NCBI GenBank assembly: GCA_964016885.1 | Contig: OZ024744.1 | Span: forward strand, 94,488,001 to 94,552,000 | DNA: 64,000 bases | From: Eledone cirrhosa | Taxonomy: Eukaryota | Direction of reading: 5' to 3' | Part shown: in pieces, positions 23,766-35,957 of the stretch | Layout of the letters: each line of letters opens with the position of its first letter | How positions within the stretch are numbered: the stretch's first letter is position 1 | The notes under the pieces: model-generated | Seen by the model: only the letters and a program-made list of their open reading frames with translations | The model's database searches: none | What the model was told of the DNA's origin: nothing | Position numbers and translations under genes: made by a program

Positions 23766-26700
23766 CAGAAAACTCTTTGAAACATAAGTATTACATGTGT
23801 AAAGTTTGAAAAGTCGGTTGGGTGGTTCTCGATTTTTAGGGATTCAAACTCACACACACACACATAGACATCCTCAGTTTTATATATATATATAGATTAC
23901 ATTTGTTCACAGGAATTCTTAAAAGTTAAACCATTTTGAATCGAACCCTGCCAAAACTGGCTTTGATTCCAACCTGTCCAAAAACCATCTTTGGTTCTAT
24001 GGAACACCCATTCATTATAAATGGTATTTAAATACTTCCAACAATTTTTGTTATATCACTATCTTGAATAATTTTAGAATATATCCCCAAATTCTTAATT
24101 AATTTGAAATAGTGAATTTCATTAGAAATATGATCATGAAGTGGTTAAATTGGTGGTTCCTAATACTAACATGTGGAATCCTTATAACAGGTTCCACAAT
24201 TTTTTAGAAATAGTATATTTTATGTGCAATTCCCATTTTAATTTAAGACATTAAATGAAATAACTTTCACAAAATTTGTTCATTATATAAAAAAATGTTT
24301 AAAAGAAATTTTGTCTGACACTACCTTAAATTATGACTGGTTTAGAAATTCCATTTAATTATTTTTTTATTTTTTTTTTATTTCAGAGAAGATATGTATG
24401 CTCAAGAGTCTATAGATCTTCTAACAAAATCTGGTATACAGTTTAAAAAGCATGAAGAAGAAGGAATCCTTGTAGATAACTTTGCTGAATTGCTCATGAC
24501 CTCTGGAGTTGTTCTAGCAGATCAAGTGAAGTGGCTATCATTTCATAGGCAAGTATAGTCTTTTTCTGTTTTACTTCCTTTAACCCTTTAGCATTTAAAC
24601 CGGCCATAACCGGCTGCTCATACTATGTTAAGGTATTCTCAAAATAAATATCGATCTCAGATTCGATATGAGATAAATCTTTTACCGTGAAAGTACAACA
24701 GTAAATATAATATAGTAATGTAAATGGAAAAGGTTTAAATCATGTTCAAAATGTTAGCTGTATGAAGTCCTGATCACGAGGTCCTGTGACAAACTTGTTA
24801 TAATTCTGATAAGTTTACGTGCATCGTGATTGTACCCTTCTTTGTAGAATATTTATTTTATTGGTTTATATATTAGTTGCCATGAAATACGAAATCCATT
24901 CTGTAAATATCCCCTAAATATCTGTAAGTATCACCCTAAAATTAGATGACAAAATAAAACCTGCAAAAATTGCTTGAAACAGGATAAGCAATGTGAGCTG
25001 ATTACAGACTGGTTGTAGTATTTGCTAAAACTTTGTCATATAAGGCCTGCTTTTCAATGATGACTGTCTATGTAGCAATGGTTAAATATACAATATTTCC
25101 CCCAGTGTCAAAGAAGCTAATTTATTTTTTCTAAATTAAGTCTAAAAAATCTACAATGCATCCTGGAGGTCGAAGGTTGTTTCTCATAGGTATATTCTAA
25201 CCCTGGAGGAAAATTATCTAAGCTAGACAGCAATCCGAACTTAAAGTAGTAAATAAACAATATAATTTTAAAAGAATAAGGTAACAAGTTAACCAATGTT
25301 AATTTATCATGAATATTCTGGGAAACATTGGAAATTACTGTATTTCCTGGTGCGGAAGACACTTCGTCACACGCTGCTTTTGACAACGAAAAATTTGAAA
25401 AAATAATAAACAATCTTTGGTCTCCAGGATGCATGGTAGATTTTTGAGACTTATTTTAGGAAAAAGGTAGCGTCTTTGGCGCCGGAAAATACGGTAATTT
25501 GGTCTTGAGTTGAAGAGTTAATTCCATTCTAGACAATTCAATTTGTGGTTTCCTAAAAGTTAGAACTCATAAAAAATTTTTTTTAAAGTTGATTTAATCT
25601 TCATCAGGCCAATTGCCTGAGCCGGCTTCGCTCTCCCTCTCCGGACATTGCTTACCCCCACCCCCATCACTGTTTTCAGGTCTTCGATTGTCAATCCATC
25701 ATCTTTGGTCAGCTGGTCAATATATCATGAGGACACCTGATCTTAGTGTCCATGGGTTGGCATCCATAAAAGATGGCTAACAACCTCGTCTTTGCTTCGG
25801 TAGCAGTGCCCAGCTTATCTTATCCTTCTTTACCTAACTAAAGCTGATACAGCTTTAAGTTGATTTAATCCTTTCATGATCACATTTCTTATGAAATACA
25901 TTCTATTTTAATTGAAGAATTTTGAGGGATTTATTGAAATTTCATTACTAAGAGAGTAACGTAATGTAAGGTTTTTATATAAATTGTTAGATTTTAATAT
26001 AAATTGGAAACTTTAAAATGGGTGTTTTATTTCATAGAACTGGAGCCGGGTTGGTAACTAAATGATTAAATAGGAACCCTTTAAAATGGGTGGTTTTTAT
26101 TTCATGGAACCAGAACCGAACATATTCTGGAGTTGTACTTGTTTGGCAAGTGATTTATGAAATTAATGAAATTTGGTTGATATATCTTGTTAGAATTTAG
26201 TTAATATTCCATTTTTTTTTTATATAGCAACCAACGAAGGTTGTGTGTGTGTGTGTGACTTGTATCGGTGCCTCTGAAACAAGTTGGAGGAAATAATCTT
26301 CAGACCATATCCTCCACTTGAATACTTTTAAGTGTGTATCCCATTAAAGGCACCTATGAGCAAAGTGAAACATTGACATTAAATTTACCACACACAGTTT
26401 ACACCAGTCTTAAATAATCTGTAGACGCTAATCACTTTTTTCTGGATTTGATATTGAAAGGTCGTTTTAAGTTTTTAATCCTAATTCATGTAAATAAGAT
26501 GAAATGTTTTGGTTAGTTGGTGATAAAAAATTTAATTTCTGATAAAAGCTGGAAGTGAGCAGTTTGAAATATTTCTGTAAATATTAAATAGCTGGATGGA
26601 CATGCTAACAGCAAAACCCTAAACAAGTTTGAATCTAATGTGGAATTGTATCACCAATTCTTTTCAGGTGTTTGCTGCCATAGAACATTGAATAATATAG

Positions 26701-29700
26701 TCCTTTTTCCTTATTTGATACCTATCATTTAATAAAAGATCCTACCATGTTTGCTATTTAATTCTAAATAACAAAACCCCTTTCTATTTCCATGTGTATG
26801 GGGTATGTTCAATAAGTAATGAGAAAATTTCAGAAGACCTTATTTATTTTCATCAGCTTACAAAACTTTGTCTCCTTCAAAATAATAACCTCTCACATCT
26901 ACACACTTGTGCAGGTATCGTCCCCACTCCTGGAAGACCGCTTCTCATTCCTTCTGTAGTTCCATCAGAAAATTTGCCAATGCCTCCTTCAGTTCCTGTG
27001 TTGACTTGAATCTGATTCCGCTAAGGCTGTCCTTCATGTGTGGGAACAGGAAGAAATTACAAGGAGCTAGGTTGGGGCTGTAGGGTGGGAGTTGTACCAC
27101 TTTTATTCCTCTGTTGGTCATCCAGGTGATCACCAACATTGACTTGTGGCATAGAGCATTGTCCTGGTGTAACCACCACTCAATGCTGTGACCTGCTTCC
27201 ACATCCTCTCCTTGAACCTGATCAGAACTTCAAGGTAATACTCCTTATTGATTGTTTGACCCTCAGAAACCCATTCAATGTGAATTAGCCCCTGGCTGTC
27301 GAAAGGAATGACCATGGCCTTCTCTTATGACCTGCTCATCTTCTCCTTGTACCTGGGGGAGGATATATGCTTCCACTGGGCACTCTGGTGTTTGTTCTCA
27401 TGGTCATCATCATTGTTTAACGTCCACTTTCCATGCTAGCATGGGTTAGACGGGTCCCATTTAGAGGCAAGTTGGGTTGAGTAACTGTGTCTTGCTCATA
27501 CAGGGGTGTTTCTGGCTGGATGCTCTTCCTAATGCCAACCACATTGACAGTGTGTACTGGGTGCTTTTTGCCATTTCTTTTACACGTCCATTGTGGGCTG
27601 GGGGTGCATACTGTACATATGCTTGTGGGAAGTTGGGTCTTCTGTATTACTGCATATCGCCAGAAATCCCAGTCATGTGTCATCTCCTTTCGGGGGTTCA
27701 ATTGGGCAAGGTCGACTTTTATCACCTCTCCTTGGTCTCCCCACTCCAAGGCTTCCAACGACTTTGAGCGCTCTGCACATTTTTATGCAGCTGTCATCCT
27801 TCATACGCAACACATGTCCATACCAACACAATCTCTCCTGCACACAGCATTTGATTCCTCTTATGCCTAGTTCCTCTCTCAATTCATTTATGCTTCGCCA
27901 TTCTACTGACTACTACCCAGCTCTTGTCGCATGTCACTACTTTATTCTGGAAACCAGAATCAGCCTATATTATATATCAGATCGGAGAATCGGATCACAC
28001 TAGTTCCACCACATATACTGCTGTGCTCCAACCTAGACAGATAGGAAGTTGCCAGTTAGTCACTTTATACATTATATGTAAGTCTACTTCATCAAGTAGC
28101 ATTCTAATTGAATGATACTTAATGCCTCTCTTGAAATGTTCTCATTACTTATATTTGTGTTACAATCCAAACATATGTTCCCAATCACACACAGTTTACA
28201 CATATGTTCACACACACACATGAACACATTTTCATGCATCCCCAATCCAGACAGTGCGGAGGCTGGTGAAAGCAATAGACAAGGCAAAGATACTTACCTA
28301 TTCAAAAGAAATAAGCTGATGGCACATAGACCCAATCTCTACCTTCCCACAACCCCTTTCTCTTCTTACACCTATTATCTAAACTGTTATTTTAAATATA
28401 ACATATCATGAACTTTGGCCAGAAAAATATTTTGTATGCTACACTTTTATTCCATGTGATGAGTTTCATTTTTAACTTTTCAGTGGCTTTGATTTTGGTT
28501 ACATGTTAAAAATTCTGACTAACAGTAACCTACCAGCTGAGGAAGTGGACTTTTTTGAGCTGCTGTCTATTTACTTTCCAAATATTTACGACGTTAAATA
28601 TTTAATGAAAAGCTGCAAAAACTTAAAGGGAGGCCTACAAGAAGTTGCTGAACAACTAGAAGTAAGTTTGAACCTTTTAAAATATGGTGGAACCTCAGTT
28701 CGTTAACAATTTTTCTGAACATAAAATATCTCTTGGTTCACAATATCTCGAGTAACGAACACTCAAAAGCTGGGAGTATCAGCAGGATAGCATCACTTGC
28801 TGTGTAGTTAGTTTTTGGTTGTTCATCGTAAACGATAACTTTTTTATTTTAGTTCCATCGCCGCAGGGCTTTGGGGGTGCACGCTAAAGAAGAAACCTGT
28901 CCGGGAAAGGTTTATAGTGGGAGGGCCAGTGCACAGTGACAGTACCACTCACTCGGCTGCAGAAGCCAGAATCCGGTGTTATGGAGGACCGTCACAACCA
29001 GGGACTTCCTTGGCTGCAGTGGATGGTCACGACGTCTGCTGTGCCCTAGCGCTCCACACCGCTTGCTGTCGCCGCCTTTGTGACCGTTGGGATGATGTTG
29101 TCCTCCTCCACTCACTCATCTGGATCCAGTCTTCGCATGCAGGGATCTCTTATCTAACTCACCAGGGGGTTTCAGACCAGCCGGCTACCCTCAACCTGGT
29201 TCGGCCCGCCAGCAAAGGCGGTTTACCAGGGTGTGGCCGCTGTCGCATGCTACAGCTTCTTGGAGCTACAGGTGAGAGCTGAGTGTCAGGTGGGACCCAA
29301 TGCAGGGCGAGCTATCCTGAAAAGGGCATGGCTAGCCCCCCCCCCCCCCCCCCCCCCCCACTACAGAGGTAAATGCCCCTCCCTGACACCCCAGGCATAT
29401 ATACATACACGTACATGTGTATATACATATTTACACATTTTTGGATGGCCGTTGACTCTTATCAGTTCTTCCCCCTTTGTCAGGTTTTGTTTTTTGTCCT
29501 GCAGGGTGTCCAAAATCACCCTCCTCACCAAGTAAAGTTGGTTGGGTTGCCAGTTTAGTCGCCGTTACGTCTAGCCAATTTTCCCGAAATTTCAAGGCAT
29601 ATTATGCACATAAAAAAATTCATTTTCTTGATCCCCTAGGGCCCGCATTAGGTGAAAACCTGCATTTTTCATGCTTCATCGAGGAAAATCTTAAAGATTA

Positions 29701-32700
29701 TCCAGCCATCAGAGTATTCGGTTTATTTTCTTTACATATTGTCCAGGCATGCAGTTTTTCCACGATTAAGTCTGTTGGCAGCCCATGTTCCAAAATACCT
29801 TATCCTGTGCAACGCCGGGTACCACTGCTAGTATAAAATTAAGAAAATAGTTGTCATGTGTGGCCCTTGGGGGAACCTCAGTTTGACATGCCTGGTGTAG
29901 ACAGTTAAGAGTATATAAAAGAAATATCATGGTCTCTTGTCTCTGTTGGTTTCAGTTTCACTTACCATGTGAAAATCAGACTGTTGCTGCATAATAAGTA
30001 TACATGAGCAATGAATGCAGAGAACTTGTAGTAGTGCCTAAATAGAATCCACTACAGTCCATTGAGTATGCAATGGTATGTTGCTTGATGAGTACATGAC
30101 AGCTAGAATATTGGATGCTTGTTCATTCAGTAATGATTTAGAAAATATTTTAAAAAGCAGGTTTGTTAATTCAAATGTTTATAGTATCTTTACTAGTGGA
30201 AAGAGCATTGTGAAAATTTGCAGTAAATTAAAAACTTTTTAGTGTGATGCAGCCATAGTGCTGTTTTGCTAATGTGGTTTGATATAGTACAGGATGTTAA
30301 GAGTTAATAGTATCAGCTGATGTTTGCTTAGAAAGATGACTGCTGTTATGGTCATGGTACCAAGGAACTATTTCCTTTGGTTGAAGATCAACTATTAAAA
30401 TGCTGGGCCTTTACACCTAAATGATCAAATAGATATGCCGTATTTATTTATGCTAATAATGGGTGTCATTTTAATGACCCCCCCCCTCTCTCTCTCTCTC
30501 TCTCTCGACATTTCTGGAGATGAGGCATCACTAGCATTTTTACTTTGGATTATGCATTGTATTTATTTTTTACCAAGTGTTTATTATATTTGACTTGTTT
30601 TATATAACTTTATATTCTTCCATAGTGGATATCAGCTTCCACCATTATTTTTTTGCATCAATGGCACAATTTTGCTGCTTTTTAAGGTTCTAAATATATT
30701 TTATATTGAAATATTAAGTTGTTCTGACCATTCTGGTCCAAAAGAGACCATGACAACCTGTCCAACCCATGCCAGCATAGTGAGTGGACATATGATGATC
30801 TAAGTGGAGATACTGACACCCTAAATTCAATAGAAAATACATTAACTCTTTCATGACCACATTTCTAATGAAATACATTTTCAGTTAATTAATGAAGAAT
30901 TTTGAAGGGATTTACTAAAATTATTTAAGATAGTAACTTAATATAAGGTTCTTATATGAAATTATGTTGGAAGATTTTAATTTAAATTGGAAACCTTTAA
31001 CCCTTTAATGTTCAAACCGGCCAGAATTCTCTACCTCTTTCTATTGAAACTGGCTGTAACTGGTCACTCAAACTGATGTTACGGTATTGTTCTCAAAATA
31101 AATACTTTCAAAATCTTATAGATTCGATATTATGTGAGATAATTATGAGGTAAAGCCTTTACCATGAAAATATAATAGTATATATAGAGGAATGTGAATG
31201 TTAAAGGGTTAAAATGGGTGGTTTTATTTCATAGAACCAGAGCCGACTTGGTAACGAGTCAATCAATAAATTCAGGACTTTGTTCATCTTGCTTCTTTTC
31301 AAAGCATTTTCTTTCTTTCTGCAAGGTTTTTGTTACAAAGTATATACTGTATATCATCATCATCATTTAACGTCCATCTTCCACGCTTGCATGGGTTTGA
31401 ATGGGAATTTTCCCACTTGAGGCAAGATTGGTTGTCTTGCTCATATAGGACTGTCTGGCGGGTTTTCTATGGCTGGATGCCCTTCCTAACACCAACCACG
31501 TTTACAGTGTGGACTGGGAGGTTTTTACCGTGTTACCTACACGGCCACATTACAGCGTGGACTGTTTTTTTTTTTGTCGTGACACCTACACGACCTCATT
31601 TGTTTCGGGCTGGATGTTGTGGTACCAACATAACTTTAAATCGAAAAGGGTGGTGTGGATGGGGTAGTGGGACGGGGGTGTATTTTTAAGAGGTGCCTAC
31701 TGACTGTAGGTTTCGCTTTGTACTTAGGCAAGGCGGGTCTTCTGTATTACTGTGTAGCGCCAAAGATCTCGGTCCAGTGACATTGTCTTGGAGAGGTGTG
31801 TTTGAGGTCGGAATTTATCAAGTCGTCCCAGGTTTATCTGGGTCTGCCTACTCCGTGGCTACCATCTATTTTTATCGCCCTGCACTTTTTTATACAGCTG
31901 TCGTCTTTCATGCGCATAATGTGACCATACCAACGTAGTCTTCTCTAGAGTAAACAGCATCTGATCCCTCTTATTCCTAATTTCTCACTTAGTTCATTTA
32001 TGCTTTGCCGTTCACGTATATTACTATTTAACATCCAGCGGAGCATGCAAGCTTCGTTCCTCTCCAGTCTGCGTATATCCTCTGCACACAATGCCCAGGT
32101 CTCCCTGCCATGTAACATTGCTGTTCGTATGCAGACATCATACAGCCTGCCTTTCATTTTTAGAGAGAAATCTTTAGCGGCCAATAGTGGTATAAGCTCT
32201 CTGAACTTTTTCCATCTAGTTCTGACTCTAGCTACTGTACTTTCAGAGCAGCCTCCCCCACTGCTGATTTTGTCACCCAGGTAACGGAAGGTGTCCACTA
32301 TTTCTATAGAACCATCTGTGCAATTGAAAGAGCTAGTATTCTGTGGGCACTTGCTGCTACTTATTGCACCTGAGCACCAGCCACATATAAAATCTATATT
32401 CTTAGTTAGCTTATCTGTGATCCCACATCTTTTATGCACCCATACTTTGCATTTGGGACATAAAATGGAGTTTCTGCCTACTCCTTTCCTACACACTGAG
32501 CATGGCCATTTCCCAGATGGGACCAGTGCCCTATTTTCCTTCCTACAAACTAGAACTTTAGTCTTAGACAGGTTAATTTTATGTATAATACATATATATT
32601 AAGAACTACTTACTATTGTGTGTGTGTTCAAGGACTAATTCGCTGTTTAACACAGGTTTCAGTGGCCTTGGGTCGACAGTTTAACAAAAGAAAATATTTT

Positions 32701-35700
32701 TTGAATTTTATTTTGGTTGAATGACCTTAAATTATAGCATTTAGTATCCAACTGTAGAAACCATGCCAAATATGGAATGTAACAAAGCAAGATGGGTTTT
32801 TCTCTTGTCTGCTCTAGGACCATGACAACTTGCCCAACCAATGCCAGTGATTCAGAAAGCCAAATGGGTGGGCTGCTTATGGCTCACAGGTTGCAGTTTA
32901 CCCATGACAGCTTTCGCTTCATAAATTTTAGAGCAATTTAAGAATATACACTTTTAATCTTTTTTTTTTTTTTTTTTTTTGTATAATTGTAATGAAAATT
33001 AAATTATTTATTTTAAAATATTCTTCTTGTAGATTTGTAGAATTGGACCACAACATCAAGCTGGTAGTGACAGTCTATTGACAGGAGCAGCATTTTTCAA
33101 GATGAGAGAAGTAAGTTGATGCTTGAATTGTTAATTTTTGGCTTTTTAAAAAGCAGTTTTTCTTTTCCTGCAATTCTGTTAATTTTGATAACCATCTCTA
33201 CAAATAAATAAAGACACTTAATATTTCACCCAGTCCACACTGTAAAGTAGTCATTTTGGTGCCACAATAAAGGATACCCAATCCACACTGTAAATATGGT
33301 TGGTGTTAGGAATGGCATTCAGTCATAGAAACCAAGCTTAAAAACAGTTCCGTATGATCAAGACATGGTCACCTGATCTGACTTGTCTCATAATGGGACA
33401 ACCTGTCTAACTCAAGCTAGCATGGAAAATGGATGTTATGTGGTGATGTTGGAACCTGTTTTTTTTTTGTTTTTTTTTTTTTTTACCTAAATATGGTTGG
33501 GGTGGGGAGCTTAGAAGAAAATTTTCAATAAGATATTTAAAATTTAGGTGTCGGTTTTGTAGATTTCTTTCAGAAACAGTACTTAACTGTTTTGATACCA
33601 AACCACCTGAAACTGATCCTGGTTTTATGGTACAATAACTGTTTTTGAAGTTTATATTTTTTAAAGAACCTATCATAATTTTATGTAAGAACCTTTCAGT
33701 TTCCAAATACCATCTTGATAAATCCCTCCAAATTCTTGATTATTTGAAAACCATAGGCAATCTTCCATTGGAAATATGTTAACAAAATGGGAGATGTTAA
33801 ACGATGATGATGATGATGATGAAAAGGATGAATAGGCTTTGAGGCTTTTGAAAAATGTTTAATGTCTTCTATATTTTTGGAATTTTAAGTTGTAATTTGA
33901 TAATTTTAGTTAAGTTATTGAACATGATATTATAAAATGGATCTTTTGTATTATATTCAATGAATGTTCAGTGTTTCTATGCAACATTTAAATATATTTA
34001 TCTATTCATATTTATCCCTTTTGACACCTACCTGGTCAAAACTGCCTTGTGGTCTATGAAACAGAACCATCCATTTTAAAGGATTGATATATAAATCAAA
34101 ATCTTACAATTGTATATAATATGTTAAGTTAATATCTTAATGAAAAACAGATTTTATTAAAATCTAATTCATTAATTGAAATAGTATATTTCATGAGAAA
34201 TATGACAACGAAAGGGTTAGAAATATATCTTAAAAGGTTCTTAAAATCTTAGAGTATGTCTTGAAAATTTTTCAGCAAAAAACTGGCCCTAATGGACATC
34301 TTTCAAAACCTATTCAATATTTACTTTTGTTTTATTCCAATTCAAGTGTTCCATGTAATCATCATCATCCTTTTACGTCCGCTTTTCCCTGCTTGCAAGG
34401 GTGGGACGGGAACTGATTCTGGCTTGATTTCTACAGCTGGATGCCCTTCCTAACACCAACCTCATTTACAGTGAGTGCTGGGGTTTTTTTTGCCGACCAC
34501 TTTGCAGTGGAATGATAGGGACCCCAGTCCTATCTCATTTAATTTACATAGTACAATATTAATATCATCATCATCGTTTAACGTCCATGTTCCACGCTTG
34601 CATGGGTTTGGACGGGAGTTTTCCCACTTGAGGCAAGAGTGGTTGTCTTGCTCGCATAGGACTGTCTGGAGGGTTTTCTACAGCTGGATGCCCTTCCTAA
34701 CACCAACCACATTTACAGTGTAGGGCTGGGAGGTTTTTACCATGTTGCCTACACGGCCACATTACAGTGTGGACTGTCTGGAGGGTTTTCTACAGCTGGA
34801 TGCCCTTCCTAACACCAACCACATTTACAGTGTGGGACTGGGAGGTTTTTACCGTGTTGCCTACACGGTCACATTACAGCGTGGACTGTGTGTTTTTTTT
34901 GTCGTGACACCTACACGATCTCATTTGTTTCGGCCTGGATTTTGTGGCACCAACATAACTTTACATTGAAAGGGGCGGTGTGGATGGGGTGGGGGTGGTG
35001 GGACGGGTGTGTATTTTTGTTAGAGATGCCTACTGACTGTAGTAGGTTTCGCTTTGTACTTAGGCAAGGCGGGTCTTCTGTATTACTGTGTAGCGCCAAA
35101 GATCTCGGTCCAGTGACATTGTCTTGGAGAGGTGTAAGTGTGTGAGGTCGGAATTTATCAAGTCGTCCCAGGTTTATCTGGGTCTGCCTATTCCGTAACT
35201 TCCATCAATTTTGGTTTTTATTAATTTTATTAAATTATTTTAATTTCATTTGCCACCCATGGAAAGCTTAAAAACCTTTTAGCTTGTTGAAATAATAATT
35301 CAATAAGTTTTTTATCCAAATTGATCATACTTAGCTAAATTATTTTACTTTAACCCTTTAGCATTTACATTACTCTACATTTACTATTATATTTTCACAG
35401 TAAACACTTGATTATATCATATAATATCGAATCTGAGATTTGGATATTATTTATTTTGAAAACAATACTTTAACATAAGTGAGTGGCCAGTTTGAACAGA
35501 TGAGAATTCTGGCCAGATATGGCTAGCTTAAATGCTAAAGGGTTAAAAATAAGCCATGAATTTTGACTGTTTTGTATAAATTTTCATCTTTTAATCAGTT
35601 TATATAACTTTATATACTTAAAATGTTTTTCTTTTTCTCAGATGTTCTTTGAAGACAACATTGATGATGCTAAATACTTAGGTCACTTGTTTGGTTTGGG

Positions 35701-35824
35701 AACACCATTCATTCAAAATGGCTCTAGTTATGAGAACAGTCATGTGTATGTAGCTCAGAATTCAACTATTCACAGCTCCAACAATGGGGAAGATTCTGGT
35801 GCAAATCCTACAAATTCATCATAA
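20050..35824 (+). CDS. CNOT7: CCR4-NOT subunit 7/8 (CAF1/POP2) DEDDh deadenylase, 303 aa; join(20050..20166,22510..22703,24387..24548,28484..28661,33033..33110,35642..35824)
   Basis: Exons of 117+194+162+178+78+183 = 912 nt splice in frame. Motifs [60 protein letters not shown]. Catalytic residues D40, E42, D161, H225, D230. Confidence 0.96.
22510..22703 (+). CDS. CNOT7: CNOT7/CAF1 coding exon 2
   Basis: ttgtag|GAC; [42 protein letters not shown]...STWQFNFKFNL; AC|gttagt. Confidence 0.96.
23166..23896 (-). mobile_element. Non-autonomous Helitron (731 bp) in a CNOT7 intron
   Basis: Minus strand starts TCTATATATATATATAAAACTGAGGATG and ends cccgtgcaacactgcgtaccactgCTAG; inserted between A and T; internal duplications. 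Confidence 0.85.
24387..24548 (+). CDS. CNOT7: CNOT7/CAF1 coding exon 3 (GC donor)
   Basis: tttcag|A GAA GAT; EDMYAQESIDLLTKSGIQFKKHEEEGI...VKWLSFH; AG|gcaagt. Confidence 0.95.
25091..25494. mobile_element. Tc1/mariner-pogo-type MITE with ~75-bp imperfect TIRs, flanked by TA
   Basis: Left arm ...aagtctaaaaaatctacaatgcatcctggag mirrors right arm ctccaggatgcatggtagatttttgagactt...ggaaaatacgg|ta. Confidence 0.65.
26799..27405 (-). mobile_element. mariner transposase 3' relic with right TIR
   Basis: FDSQGLIHIEWVSEGQTINKEYY, WWLHQDNA, PPYSPNLAPCNFFLF, GYYFEGD; frameshifted; ends at TA plus TIR-like ggggtatgttcaataagtaatgag. Confidence 0.88.
27406..27900 (-). mobile_element. RTE LINE 3' fragment
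   Basis: ELGIRGIKCCVQERLCWYGHVLRMKDDSCIKMCRALKVVGSLGVGRPR plus family 3' UTR and (tga)n tail. Confidence 0.8.
28484..28661 (+). CDS. CNOT7: CNOT7/CAF1 coding exon 4
   Basis: tttcag|T GGC TTT GAT; GFDFGYMLKILTNSNLPAEE...KNLKGGLQEVAEQLE; GAA|gtaagt. Confidence 0.96.
28805..29398 (-). mobile_element. GC-rich probable 5' UTR of an RTE-type LINE (ORF lost)
   Basis: GC-rich structured block with its 5' end abutting a TA/TG microsatellite. Minus strand runs into a decayed ORF start (ATGGAACTAAAA...QKLT). Family assignment is from recalled similarity to RTE 5' UTRs. Confidence 0.5.
29188..29398 (-). ncRNA. Candidate HDV-like self-cleaving ribozyme
   Basis: Minus strand: P2 ctctcacctg/caggttgaggg; P3 agc/gct enclosing L3 UCCAAGAA; GC stem ccgcc/ggcgg then GCCGAA immediately before the P2 3' strand. 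P1 is only partly assignable. Confidence 0.4.
29561..29831 (+). mobile_element. 5'-truncated copy of the non-autonomous Helitron
   Basis: Reverse complement of about 23166-23430; ends cctgtgcaacgccgggtaccactgCTAG|T. Confidence 0.82.
30846..31256. mobile_element. MITE family B with a nested family-A MITE (31001-31208)
   Basis: ttaactctttcatgaccacatttctaatg...ggaaacct[ttaa ccctttaatg...aaaggg ttaa]aatgggtgg. Confidence 0.7.
31353..32575 (-). mobile_element. RTE LINE 3' 1.2 kb (end of RT, C-terminus, 3' UTR, (tga)n tail)
   Basis: CRKGVGRNSILCPKCKVWVHKRC..., IEIVDTFRYLGD, LYDVCIRTAMLHGRETW, LERNEACMLRWM. Confidence 0.88.
33033..33110 (+). CDS. CNOT7: CNOT7/CAF1 coding exon 5
   Basis: cttgtag|ATT; [26 protein letters not shown]; GAA|gtaagt. 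Confidence 0.96.
34564..35210 (-). mobile_element. RTE LINE 3' end, close paralogue of 31353-31870, with an internal ~108-bp tandem duplication
   Basis: Long near-identical runs shared with 31353-31870 (ttcccacttgaggcaaga..., gtacttaggcaaggcgggtcttctgtattactgtgtagcgcc). Confidence 0.8.
35354..35542. mobile_element. MITE family A (piggyBac-like: TTAA target, TIR CCCTTTAGCATTTA); at least 10 copies in the window
   Basis: ttaa|ccctttagcattta...taaatgctaaaggg|ttaa. Other copies at 3859-4067, 31001-31208, 37741-37943, 45080-45258, and approximately 45643-45958, 46153-46570, 49175-49373, 49527-49737. Confidence 0.8.
35642..35824 (+). CDS. CNOT7: CNOT7/CAF1 last coding exon
   Basis: ttctcag|ATG; MFFEDNIDDAKYLGHLFGLG followed by an N/S-rich tail and TAA. 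AATAAA candidates at about 36490-36650. Confidence 0.94.
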   Translation: MFFEDNIDDAKYLGHLFGLGTPFIQNGSSYENSHVYVAQNSTIHSSNNGEDSGANPTNSS

Positions 35825-35923
35825 CTATCAATGGAAAAAAAATTGAGATAAACATTTAAGAGGTGGAGACGATCATTTTTTTTTTCTTTCTTTTTTTTTT
35901 TTTATTTTTTTTTCCCCACCTTA

Positions 35924-35957
<34 letters not shown>

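Noticed and set aside
33111-33119. Short CNOT7 isoform by read-through into the last intron (EVS-stop)
   Set aside because: Possible by analogy with a truncated vertebrate isoform, but the DNA alone gives no support.
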